Positions 13,558 through 25,806 of a DNA stretch of 64,000 nucleotides are shown in pieces. This DNA is from Lama glama. Taxonomy: Eukaryota. The stretch's first letter is position 1. Every line of letters starts with the position of its first letter. Location: the NCBI GenBank assembly GCA_028534125.1, contig CM052817.1:48920001-48984000 (forward strand), read 5' to 3'. A program made the position numbers and the translations under genes. The notes beneath the pieces were generated by a model. The model saw only the letters and a program-made list of their open reading frames with translations. It did no database searches and was not told the origin of the DNA.

Positions 13558-13767
13558 CTGTTATGAATTAAGTAATTAATATAGTATGAAACTAAATACA
13601 AATGCTTACTGAAAATATGAAATTATTAAATTTATGTAATATCTTGAATTAATTCACTGATCAATATCCTTTGACCTTATATCATAGTAAACTAAATAAA
13701 ACCCCAAGTTAAATAAAGAAGGCAAAATTGAAGCCTTTTAATTTCCTTGGCAATAGCTGCTGTTAAG

Positions 13768-14013
13768 AGGCATCACTGACAATACTAACTGCCGTCACAT
13801 CTGGTTTCCAGTTCTATTTTAAATACTGATGTCACCTCAGTAGAAATTGATTTGGCTGACGGTCACATAAGCCTTACCATTTTCCTGTCCAGGCATCACT
13901 GACAATACTAACTGCCGTCACATCTGGTTTCCAGTTCTATTTTAAATACTGATGTCACCTCAGTAGAAATTGATTTGGCTGACGGTCACATAAGCCTTAC
14001 CATTTTCCTGTCC
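13768..14013. repeat. Perfect 123-bp tandem duplication (2 copies)
   Basis: 13768-13890 is identical to 13891-14013. Confidence 0.97.
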
Positions 14014-14695
14014 AGTGAATATTTATAGCAGTAAAATTGGAACAGCTTTGGGGAGCGATGAATGAATGAGAACTTGGAATGAGGGAAATCACATTTGTTG
14101 CTTAAGATGACTAAGGTGGAATGAGTCTAATTGAGCTTGCTGACCGATGCCTTTCTTCTCAGGACAATGTGTAATGGCAGATGAGGGCAAGGTTAGGGCG
14201 GGGAATGGGGTGGGAACAGGAGATCTGAGATCTAAACAGCCCATTGTTTGTTTTCTAAAACAGCAGATCTCAGTGTAGGGTAAGAATGGGGGTTGAATGA
14301 ACAACATACAGCATGATCTGTGAGAGCTTTAACAGTGGTTTCTCTCACCTGTAATTCAGTCCCCTTCCCCCATATGGAAGTTTCTTCTCTGTATTGACCT
14401 CTAATTTTAGAATATTCAAGTCATAATCACTTTGGATCTAGGTAAGAAAGAACTGTCTAGTTGTCCAAAAGCTGCCTCAGTCTCTCACATACGGCATGAG
14501 CTCATCACTTCAGACGTCTGAAGCCAGACCAGCAGTATCTCTCCATACCCCACTTTCTCATTTTCATATCAGAAAATGTATTGTAAAGCAAGTTCAGATG
14601 ATGAGATTTCATCTATTTAATGCATGATTTTTAAATCTCATTATTATGTGTGACTTACAGAAACAAATGTATGGTACTCTCTTCTCTTGAAAAGT

Positions 14696-17600
14696 TCACT
14701 TCTTTACCTAAAAAGAAAAAAAAAGATCTTTCATACATAATAAAAATGTATAGTATTGGACCTATCTTTTCTGAATAATCTTTATTCTCTAAGAAGCTGT
14801 GCCCTGATGATTTCTTCGTAACTCATATTTAGAATACCTTGTATTGCCATTAGGCTCAACTTTTGGAAACAGAGAACTGGTCAAGTCACTCCTCTCAAAG
14901 AAGGTCCTTAATAAATTCTGTCAGCTACAGGAAACAGTCTAAGATATTTAGCAATGTTTTCAAGGCCCCTTCTTATCAAGTCATTTCTTTCTATCCATAC
15001 TTTCTAACATTCCTCTCTACCTTCATGAGAGCCGTGAACTACAGGTATGTAAATACCTGTAAATACGGGCAGAAGGAGAGTGTTCTGTGTCGAAGAAACC
15101 TACTGAAGTAGCACGTTCATGTGTGGAGAATTGGAGGAAAAGGATGGCTCTTCAGACTTCCCTAGAGCAGTTTCAAGCTACCATTTAAGTTGATCCTGAT
15201 CCCTATCAGGCACAAGGGAATAGGAACAGAAGTTTGTACTTCCTTCTAGGAAACAACTAGTAGGAGTATTCAATTAGTAGCAATATACTTTAGAAATTAT
15301 TCACTGTTGGATTTAAGCTCCCATTTGTTTTATAGCCTGTGCCCAGGGTATCTTTGACGTACTTTGGAATCCCACTGTCCCTTTTATAAAATAGCCACAT
15401 CTACTAAAATTTAAGGATGAAGTATTTTAAAAGTATTGATCAAAAAATATTGTTTTTAAAAAGTTTAGAGAACTATCATTTAGGTCAAGATGAGTCACAG
15501 AAGCTGGATTTACCTTCTTGCCTGGAACAAATTTTAAATTACCAAAAAATATGAGAAGCAACAGTTTCTCAAGATCTGAATATCAAGCTATGAAGAACAG
15601 TGATCTCTAAGAGATAGGAAGCAAATGAAATGAACATGATGATTGTCCTAGCTTGCTGCCTACACAGTTTCCAGGCCTCAGGGAAGGGAGATGGAGCTGG
15701 GAATCCAGGAAGACCAAGATAGCTGAAATTCACAGGGCAGAGAACCTGACAGAAACAAAGGGACAAAGACATAGATACAAAGATCTAGAATGGTTATTCT
15801 ATATTCATGCAGCATTATTTACAATAGTCAAGAAATGGAAGCAAAGTATGTGTCCATCAATAGATAAATGGATAAGAAAGATGTGAGATATATATATATA
15901 TACACACACACACATATATATGTAATGGAGTTATATATGTATAATATATAATATATTATATTTATATACATATATACATATATATATATAAATATATTAT
16001 ATTTCTATACATACATATTTATATTATTCAGCCACAAAGAGAATGAAATTCTGCCATTTACAAGTATGTGGATGGACCTAGAAAGTATTATGCTTACTGA
16101 AAAGTCAGAGAAAGACAAATACTCTATGTTATCACTTATATATGGAATCTAAAAATTAAAACAAACAAATGTATATAACAAAACAGAAAAAGACTCATTA
16201 TTATAGAGAACAAAACTAGTGGTTACCAGTGGGGAGAAGGCAGAGGGGAGGGGCAAGATAGGGGTGTGGGATTAAGAGATACAAACTATGTATAAAATAG
16301 ATAAGCAACAAGGATGTACTGTACAGCACAGGGAAAGGTAGCCATTGTTTTGCAATAACTTTAAATAGAGTATAAAATCTATAAAAATATTGAATCATTA
16401 TCATGTGTACCTGAAACATATATCACATCATAAATCAACTCTATCTCAATAAAAATAAATAGATAAATAAATAAAGGTTATTCTTATACTTTCAACCAAG
16501 GATACATTATTCATATGAAGATACTACCTCAGATTAGGTAAAAGAACCACTTAAAAGGACAAAACAGAACAGTATCTGGTGCTAACATAGCACAGGAGAA
16601 AGCTTTTGATCCCACAAGCCAGAGAACAGAAAACTTGAAATTCACAGGGCATATGATTGAGCATGCAGGATGGTTTGATCTCTGCAATGGGAAAAATTCA
16701 CCTTAGATCAAAATGTTTCTCTGTTCCTGTGTACTAAAGGCTAAAAGCCTAGTAACCTCACGGTATCCTAAAATGAAAGTTTTCCCCTAATGTCAAAAAC
16801 AAGGCAGAGATGCTCACTGAATCACTTTAAGTGATTTAATATTGAACTGTGCACTTTAAGCCAGTACAGTATACAATAAAATAAATGGATATAAATAAAT
16901 GATATCCAGTTTGGAAATTAAAATGTCCATCAACAAATGAATGGGTAGGTTAAAAAATTATGATATATCCATATAATCTAATACTACTCTGCAAAAAAAA
17001 AAAAAAAGAGAGCCTGAACTATTGCTATGAATAACTACATGGACAAATCTCAAAATAATTGTGCTGAGTGACAGAAGCCAGACACAAAAGAGTATATAGT
17101 GTGTTTCTGCTTACATAAAATTCTAGAAAATGCAAGCCAATCTGTACTGGCAGAAAATAGATCAAGAACAGGAAAAAGGGGAGGGTTGGATTATTAAAAC
17201 AAAACAAAGCAAAACAAAACAGGAGGAAACTTCTGGCTGTGGTGGATATATTCATTTTCCTGGTTAGTTTTTTCATGCGTATGTCAAACACAAGTCAAAA
17301 CTTCTCAAAATACACACTTTCAGTTTTGGTAGTTTGCTGTATGTCATTGTGTCTCAATAAAAGTGTTTAAAATGTTTAAACTGATGCACGTTTGCCTGTT
17401 GGGAGATTATGTTTCTTTCCCGCTGCTACAACTCCATGCATCATGGGAGTAAGACTGAGGCAACCCACCTGGTCAGAAGGCGAGGGCTGAGGCCCTGCGG
17501 CGGCGGCGGGCTCGCCTTCATCCGGCGCAGTGACGGCAGGCGGCTCAATCTCGGGGACGGTGCGTGGGGGTGTAGGTGGGACAAAAGGTTTAGCTACGTA

Positions 17601-20600
17601 TGGTTCGGCTGCAACAGGTAGAGCTGTCTCAGGTGGGGAAAAAGGGCCCCAACGTCTACTTGGGGGTGGGAGGAAGGGGAGATCCCCACGAGGAGGAGGA
17701 GGAGGAGGAGGAGGAGGAGGAAGAGGGCGGAGCAACCAAGAAGGTGTGGGAAAATTGGGAATGCGGTAGAAGGGGGCTCCAAAAGCAGTGAAAATCCAGC
17801 GATTTGGGAGTATCCGTGCATCAGGGTCACGATTCCTAGGGTATCTGGGGAAATTATTCCCCGGAAGACTGCTGGGAGGGGCGAAGTCACTCTCTGGCAG
17901 GGGATAAGGAATATTCAGAGATGGGTTAATTGGGTAACGACTGCCAAAATTGCCGTTGTAATCCTAGAGAAGAACAAACAAGTCAAAGGTGACGACCTCT
18001 ATCCTAGCCATACATTACTTATGGTATGACTGTGATGATGTACAATGAGAGAGGATTTTTTTTTTTTAAGCATTCCAGTTTAGGCTCATTCTCACAGCTA
18101 GTGTGCTTGCATAATTTTTAAACTAGGAGCTAATAATATATTAAGAAAACTGAATAAACCTCAATTTAGAGGGAAATATTTTGTGTGTAGTCAAGTTGGA
18201 GTGTTATCAACTGCATAATATGCCAGCCACAGACAGGACAAAAATAGAAGAGAAGAATATGGACAGTACAGGGTGAGCACTTCCAAGCCTCCTCCTCTGC
18301 ACTGCCCGCCCAGCCTGAGGCCCTCAGGACCCTCAGGGCTTCTCAAGTGCCAGTGGAAGCACTCACTTAGCTCTACCTCTTCCAGCTGTCCTTCCCAGCT
18401 CCTCCCACCCTTCCTCAAAGCTTCTACTCCTTCTAGGCCAGGCACCTTCAATTGTTATTAAGAAGGAAAGCAGGCTGGATGTTAGTGATGACTACTAGAT
18501 TTTTTTTTTCTTTCCAATTGAGTTACAATTGGCAATAGTAACACTCTATTGTGTGCTTGAAAGTTGCGAAGAGGGATCTTAAAAGTTTTCATCACAAGAT
18601 AAAAATTGTAACTATATGTGGTGATGGATGTTAACTAATTGTGATGATCATTTCACAACATACACTACTGGCTTTTCACATTTAATTCTCCCTGTAGTAT
18701 TTGTGTTTAAATGAGGAAATTATTAATGTTACTAATGCATTTACTGTTATATCTGGCATTGTTTTTTTGGTAGAAGGACCTCCTCATTTTCCTTTAATTG
18801 CTTTAGGTCTGTCTCCTACATGTATGTAAAACTGTCAGGGAGCTCCAAGGTCACAACCTTATGTAAGAATTTATAGAAAATTAAGACATTTGTTGGTCTC
18901 ACATAAAGTTTTACTTCCTACCATAAATTTGTCAGTTTTATAAGCACATTTGTTGTGTATTTCTTTATATATCAAGACTCTAGATTCTTTGATTCATTGC
19001 ATAGCCCAATTATAATTCAAGAAATTAAATATTCATATAACATAAACCTAGTTTTAAAATCTAATAAATATTTAATATTTCTTATCATATATTTATTTTA
19101 TGTAACTAGTTGAAGGAGTAATTTTCTTTACATGTACTCGAAGTTAACTTGTCAATAAAAGGCATTATTTATAAACATAGATCCAGTTTTCATATTTGTT
19201 GGAAAATACTGTCTTCTTTATCAACAATACATTTCTATGATATAAAACTTTATTTATATAATTTTTATTTAAAAGTGTTTACCTAGTGAGTAGGCAATGA
19301 AATTGAGTAGGATATCAGTATGAATAAAAAATTGCAGAATGTATAAATATAAATATGTTAATACTTATAGATCCATTTTTAAATGAGACCATCATAGCAA
19401 GAAAAGAGAACATGTTCTGAAATTACTTTCTTAACTTTTCTAGGAAAAACATAATGATACTGACTGAAAAATCGTGCTCTACACCAGAAATTGACACAAC
19501 ATTGTAAACTGACTATAACTCAATAAAGAAAAACAAACATAATACTGAATGATTTAACATTATTAGATAGAAAATGCTATTTAAAAATTAATATAAAATA
19601 TACTTCTATATCTTAACATATAAACAAATCTAGATATATTTTACCTCTTCACTCGATGAGGCAAAATTCTAAAACAACAAAGAAAACAAAGTAAGTTTAA
19701 GCTTCAGGCTCTTGAAAAAAAATCTTTGTTTAGATTTCTGCTTGCATTCAGAGTGACTCTAACTGACAAAACTCTCTGAGTAACTTGGAATTTTCTTTCT
19801 TAAGCAATAGAGTTGTTTGCCTTGTTTTCCTGGGACTATGTAGACTCAGTCTTGGTATTACCAATACCTTCTTACAAAGTAGATGAGCAATGGCCAATCC
19901 TAATGTCCTACTGGTTCTAGTGTTTCTACACTATCTTTAAATTGCCTTATTCATATCTTTTTATAAACGCTCATGTACACGGAACCAAATGTTTTGATTT
20001 AATTCTGTGGCTAGCAACTTATTTACACTAAATTCTTACATTAGGTCATCATCTGTATTTATCACAAAACCCCAGGAACTAAATAAGTCTTTGTAACATA
20101 ACTTCTCGATGAATGTAGATTGTTCCTCAGTGGCTTTGGGATATTTTAAGTTTTTCTTGATGGATATTCAAGGAATTTTTTAAAAGGGTATAAAATGAAT
20201 GCCTACTATGTACTGTCATGTGCCAGCTAGATCTTAGGTACTGGAGAGAACAAGATAAGGTTTCTTTACTCATGTCTGAGTTGCTACATCTCCCAGTTGG
20301 TCAAGCTTCTTCATTAAAATTTAAAATTGTGTATAATGTTTCCTTCCAACTTTAGTTTGGTTTCCTGAATTAACAAGTTAAAATCATACCTGAAGGTATG
20401 ATGCATGCTACATAAGTGATAGATGCTCCATAATGTTCACAGAGACAAATATCAGTGATGTATATTGTGAGTATAGAGCCCTAGATTCTTATGATTAAAA
20501 TCTCAACTCTTTTTAAAAACATTTATTCAATTTATTTTTTTAATTTTATTTTTGTTGATGGAGGTACTGAGAATTGAACCCAGGACCTCAGGCACATGCT

Positions 20601-22754
20601 CTACCACTGAGCTATACCCTCTCCCCAAATCTTAACTCTTATGAGAAATTCAAAGTAATATCTCTTGCTATTTTCATTTTTTAAATTATTTTCATAGCCT
20701 TTATACTCCACCATATATCTAATAGTATTTGTTTAAAAACATGCACGTTCAGATTCTGCCTTTCTTTGCTAGATTGTCATGTTTATCTACTGCATGCTTG
20801 TGTATAGATACCAGTATCAATTTTTTAGCACACTCCTGTCATCAAAATTTGAGGCAGAAGTGATGAAAAACTGAACAAAACAAAACAAAACAAAACTAGT
20901 ATCAGTCAGCTGATGAATGTTCTGGTCTCCTACATAGGGATGATTTGTGAATATTCTCAGCACAGAAATCATCTAACAGCTTGGGACACATTCCTCCTGC
21001 TAGTAGTGCCTAGACATGTTTTCTTCTGCTCTGCTCTTTCATACAGGCAGAGCCTTCCTGGATTCATCACTTAGTTTGTTGAAGTAAGCTTAGGATAACA
21101 TTGTCATAAAATTTTACAGAAGCGTGAGGAGGAATCCTGGGCGTAGCAAAAATTTTGTCACACTACAAAGGGAGTACACTTAATACTTCTAGTCACTGAA
21201 AAGAAATAATGAACTTATAGTAAATATGTTAAATGCAAACAGATTTATGCTACATAAACATTTTTCTATAAAATAAGAGATTAATAGCACTGATATTTCA
21301 ACAGTAAAAGTAGTCACCAAATTGCATTGTAAAAAAATCAGAATTTTAAAGTATAAAATATACTTTAAAAACAAATACATTTATACATAAATGAAAAAAA
21401 AAGTTTTACCTCATCAAAGAAGTAGAAACGCTTCTAAAACAAAAGAAAAAAGTAATTCACTATGGTTAGTTATTTGAAAACATCTGTACCTAGATTTTAT
21501 ATTACTGAAGAATTTGTATAATCTTATTATTAGTATAGTCAATTTACTTTTGAAATATAAATCCCTAGTATAAATTATTTATTATCATTATCATCATTAT
21601 ATACTTTTGACATAGACAGTTGTCCCCGGAAGTTCTACATTGGCTGATAGACTTTGGATTGTAATTTCCTAGATACACATAAATCTTACCATCTGAAAGA
21701 TCACTCAGTCCTTTTCACACATCTGATCTTGCAGATGTGTTTGTTCTGTTACCTCTTAGATTTTGTTTGCAGACTGTGTACGTGGGTGGGGGGTATTTGT
21801 GGTCTGTAGCCACCTCCTTACCCAGTTGCAGGACTATGTATAGCCACTTGTTCTCCAGTTAAGCTTCAATATCTTTTATACATTTTTCTCAGATTAAAGA
21901 ACACAGCATGAGATAAGGATGACAGCAAGTGTAGGAAATTCATCATTTACTGTTTTAAGAATTAGAGTTTAATCCACATGATTTTAAGAGATTTAGAAGT
22001 ATCTTGAAATTTTCACAGGATGATAATAATTAGTAATACCAGTTAATGATCAGATGATAAAGTTAATAATATCAAGTAGCATTTGAATTCCTACTATAGC
22101 CTAGTTACTCTGCTAAGCACTTTACATAATTATTTAATCCTCAAAGTCGTTCTATGGGGTAGATATCAGAGTTTTCTCCTTTTTACAAAAGAGGATATTT
22201 AGCACACTCACTGGCTAGGATTAAGAATTTTCCATTGGCTATTTCTTACATTAGAGGCTCTTCTGTTTACACTACATTGATGGTCATTATGTCCATTTAC
22301 TTTAATTCCATCAAGTACTCTTTATGACTCTACAGAAATACCTCCAGCTGGGACTTTGCTGTCAGAAAAAGCCTAATCCAGTCTTCTATAATATGAAGAC
22401 AAAGACCGTTAAGGTCATCTACATGAAATTTTGGTTCCCTATAATTATATCCTTCTCTGCCCACTGCATTTCTGAAATCACCTCTTTTCTTCATTGTCAA
22501 TCCACTTTTGGATCACACAACTTTATCATTTTGATTTTTAAAATTTCTTTTGAAAAGTTTGGCACCACAAACCCTGTGCCCATTAGCACATCTCTCTGCT
22601 GCATCGTTATCAACACTATGACAACTTCTATCATGAACATGGATCCCCGGCTACAGTTATTTGATGATTCTACTCTTGCTGCCATTTGAAAAGTCCATCT
22701 ACTCACCCTTGCAAAAGCAACAGACACGATGCAGGCCCAAAGTAGAAGCTTCAT
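14696..22754 (-). CDS. PRR27: Proline-rich protein 27 (C4orf40 ortholog), 200-aa secreted P-rich SCPP
   Basis: Phase-0 exons: 22707-22754 MKLLLWACIVSVAFAR; 21410-21433 KRFYFFDE; 19645-19668 NFASSSEE; 17469-17963 (495 nt) DYNGNFGSRYPINPSLNIPYP...P10...PVAAEP...GPQPSPSDQ; 14696-14707 VKK* (exon 14659-14707). Signal peptide, PSLNIPY and AAEP motifs match recalled human PRR27. Confidence 0.92.
15800..16480 (+). mobile_element. LINE-1 3' fragment with internal (TA)n tract
   Basis: IHAALFTIVKKWKQSMCPSIDKWIRKM motif, L1 3' UTR and an A-rich tail. Confidence 0.85.
16915..17370 (+). mobile_element. Old L1M-type 3' end fragment
   Basis: aaatgtccatcaacaaatgaatgg...ctcaataaaagtg, typical of ancient L1 3' ends. 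Confidence 0.7.
17691..17720 (-). repeat. (CCT)10 coding microsatellite giving poly-Pro in PRR27
   Basis: (agg)10 on the plus strand inside the 495-nt exon. Confidence 0.95.
20512..20626 (-). mobile_element. Camelid tRNA-derived SINE
   Basis: gaggtactgagaattgaacccaggacctc...ctctaccactgagcta core with a T-rich tail; imperfect TSD aaatctcaactctt / aaatcttaactctt. Confidence 0.85.
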
Positions 22755-23836
22755 TTTGATCGACCCTATGAACATGAATATTGTAAATGGGTTGCTTCAG
22801 AAAATATGCAATATATTTAGTATATCTCTTCTTGAGAGGGACGAAAGAATATATGGCTTTATTTGTCTGACAAGGAAGACCCTTCACAGAAAATTTGGTC
22901 CCACTATTTAACTTCTTTCAGCATTACCTCACAGGATGACGCTACCCCCAGAATGACCTTTTCTTGGCAGATGTCCTTCCACAATGAATTGGCTTCTGGC
23001 TAAACTTCTTTAAGTGGAACCCACCTCAATTTACTTACCTTGGGATACATTTTGCTATTAATTTGTCTTGGAGGGCTTACAGGAAATAAGATTGCTTAAA
23101 AGTAGCCATAAAAAGGGCACTTTATTGAGATTTTTCTTTTTATAGATTCACTGGGTGATTAGTATCACCTTCTTGGAAAAATGTCCAGTCCTACAGTTGT
23201 TGCCACCATGTGCTCTGGCATAAACCTTTGGGCTCTTGATCATCAGTTTTTCCCTCTATCTCTGAAAAATAGTGGGGCAACTGTATATTCAAGTGTGTAT
23301 CTTGATTAGGCTCAGTTTTCTTCAGATAATGTAAAACCAATCTCTAGTTGGTTGATTATTAAACTCCATGGCTTCTTTCTTCTTAAAAATATAAATTATT
23401 TACACTCTTAACAAAAAATGTATATATAATGCATTTATTACAGCATTATTTAGTATCTCAAAATATGAAAAAAATATACATGGCCAATAAGAATATCAGT
23501 TTCAAGATCTATTGCTAAATGAGTACTCAAATATTAAATATACCTGAAGTATTTAATGGTTTATTTATAATTAGTTGATGACTTATTTTAGAATAATTAT
23601 TTCTGTAATTTCATTTTATCTTCTGTAGTCTGTAATTTTTTTTTGTATGAAGTGAGAATATATTCCTTGTATGCTAACTATATTCTAATAACCTTGAAGA
23701 ATTTTCAAGTTTTTTGATGAGACTCTAATGCTTTCCTTCCTAATTCTTAGCAAAATCTAGGCTGGAAAAATTATATCCATGGAGAAAGCCCTGGAAGTTT
23801 TCAAAATACATTTTTTATATTGGACCAGCTGCTTAC

Positions 23837-23919
23837 CTGTTCAACATGACTTTGGCCACATATTTAATAGTGTTTGCTGTAATGTTTCTTGGCATTGTAC
23901 ACCTTTTTTGGAGAGATAA
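23837..23919 (-). other. Candidate extra 5' UTR exon of PRR27 (83 nt)
   Basis: Acceptor tctttatcttaag and strong donor CAG|gtaagc between the putative exon 1 and the ATG exon. Confidence 0.4.
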
Positions 23920-25716
23920 CTTAAGATAAAGACCAACAGGATTATTATTATTGTCTGTAAGTTATAAAGACATACAGGACACAAATCTGCGCCTCGTTCT
24001 GCTCTCTATGAGCAGCACTGGAGAAGTTCCTTGACAGGTCCCAGTACTTAGGCTTCTCTTGAACTATTGGTATATTTTCATGTGTTAGATACACTGATAT
24101 TCTTGGTTTTGTGTTTATTTTTGTTCTGTGCCTACCAGGAACTTCAGAGTCAAATATCTTGTGTATTTTCAGAGCTCCATAGGACATTGTGGCATCTTAT
24201 TTTGGGGTGCTTACATCATCTCTGGCTTTATCTTATTTCCTCTAGTCTTATTTTCCCTTCATCAGAACATTTAAAACTTTTTAAAGAATCCTGTTTTACC
24301 TATTTTGCAAGCTGTTTTAAGTCCCTTTAGAATGGATCATATTATATACAAATAGAAAAAGGAAAAAAGTAACCAATCTAATGAATCTTTCTAAAATTGT
24401 TTTCAGTACCAAAATTTCTGTTATATTTTAACATTTTGTAAAAAATTAAGGTATTTAATTAGTGAAACAAAAATATCATGAATTTATACCTAAAGAAGAT
24501 AATGTTTTATTCCTCAGTATAGTTCAGTTATTTTTAAAGTAACCTTATTGTAGAGCTGTAGAGATTAACAATGCAAAGTTAATTGATGTGCCAGTCTTCC
24601 CTCTAAATCTTCCCATTTATCCCTTTCTGGGTTTTTGAAACAGGAGGACTTGTTTGGCTGAAGCCAGTTTTTAAGGACAAATTATATGGCAGTAGTCTAA
24701 TTTACCATATTAATAATTGTCACATTGCCTAATAATTATCTAATAATTGACATATTGTATGGTAGTTGAATAATTTAGAAGAATCTCTCCCTTACCCCAC
24801 TATTATTGTGGGAACCTATCCACTTGGCCAAAATATAAATATAGATAAAAGAAACTGTGAGAAAACGCACATTCACCTTTTTTTTGACATGCTTTAAAAG
24901 AAATTCTACATAAATAGTTTAAATAACATCAGCTTAAATTATTATTATATGATAGATAATCCAATATACATATTTTAATTTAAATTTGACTTCTGTTTTA
25001 ATATGACAACTTAATTTAAGGAAGCTCTAATGCTTTAGCAATTCTATTAAAGAGAAATAAGTATTTCTTCTTCATAAAGAATGTAAAAATAAAGTTTTTA
25101 TGCCTGTCAGAATGATTAACAGCTAATGAAGGATAATAAAATTATAATTTTAGTCTTTAAAACAATCATTTCAGAAATGGAAAAACCCCAGATTTATCAG
25201 CATTTAAAAATCTTTTCTCCAGTGTATCAGTGTATCAGTTTATCTACCCATATATCACTTGGAATATAGTACTTTAGAATGCTCCATAAGGAACAAAACA
25301 TTTATAATGCTTTTTCTTTTTCCTTTTCCTCAGATTTTTCCCCCCTCAAATAGCTTTTAATTGAGAGGAGCTTACTTGACCCCACTGTTTAGTTCTTTAG
25401 AAGAACATAAGAATTCTTGAGTAGAACAAACCCATCCTTCTAGGGTTTATGTGAACTTTTGTGTCCAGAGTGAACCTACAGAAAAAAATCCCTTTGATAA
25501 ATCTCCTCTCATGAAGTCTTAAGTGAGAATTCAGGTGTGTGGGGATTAGATTTACACAACACCCCACTTTACCAACCTCTCCAAGCCAGGAGAGAATGTA
25601 AATATGCCAACCATTTATATGCCAACTACTCTGTTCAAGTTCATCTAGCTGAGACCCATTAGAGAATCTTTTAAAAATAAGAGCAATTTAATATGGTCGG
25701 AAAAAACAAAAGATAC

Positions 25717-25806
25717 CTTGTTTCCAGTATGCAAACTAATGGCTGTAGATCCTGGTCTTACTCTGGACAATGTGCCTCACTCCCTTTCCTCCAGGGGTAT
25801 TTATAA
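25717..25806 (-). promoter_or_regulatory. PRR27: PRR27 candidate TATA box and non-coding exon 1
   Basis: TATAAATA at ~25798-25805 (minus); exon ends GGAAACAAG|gtatct at 25717, echoing the CSN1S2 exon 1 end GGAAATAAG|gtaat. Confidence 0.65.

Noticed and set aside
17409..17890. Overlapping poly-Gly, poly-Glu and poly-Leu ORFs
   Set aside because: They are alternative frames or antisense readings of the GC-rich PRR27 exon and its (CCT)10 repeat.
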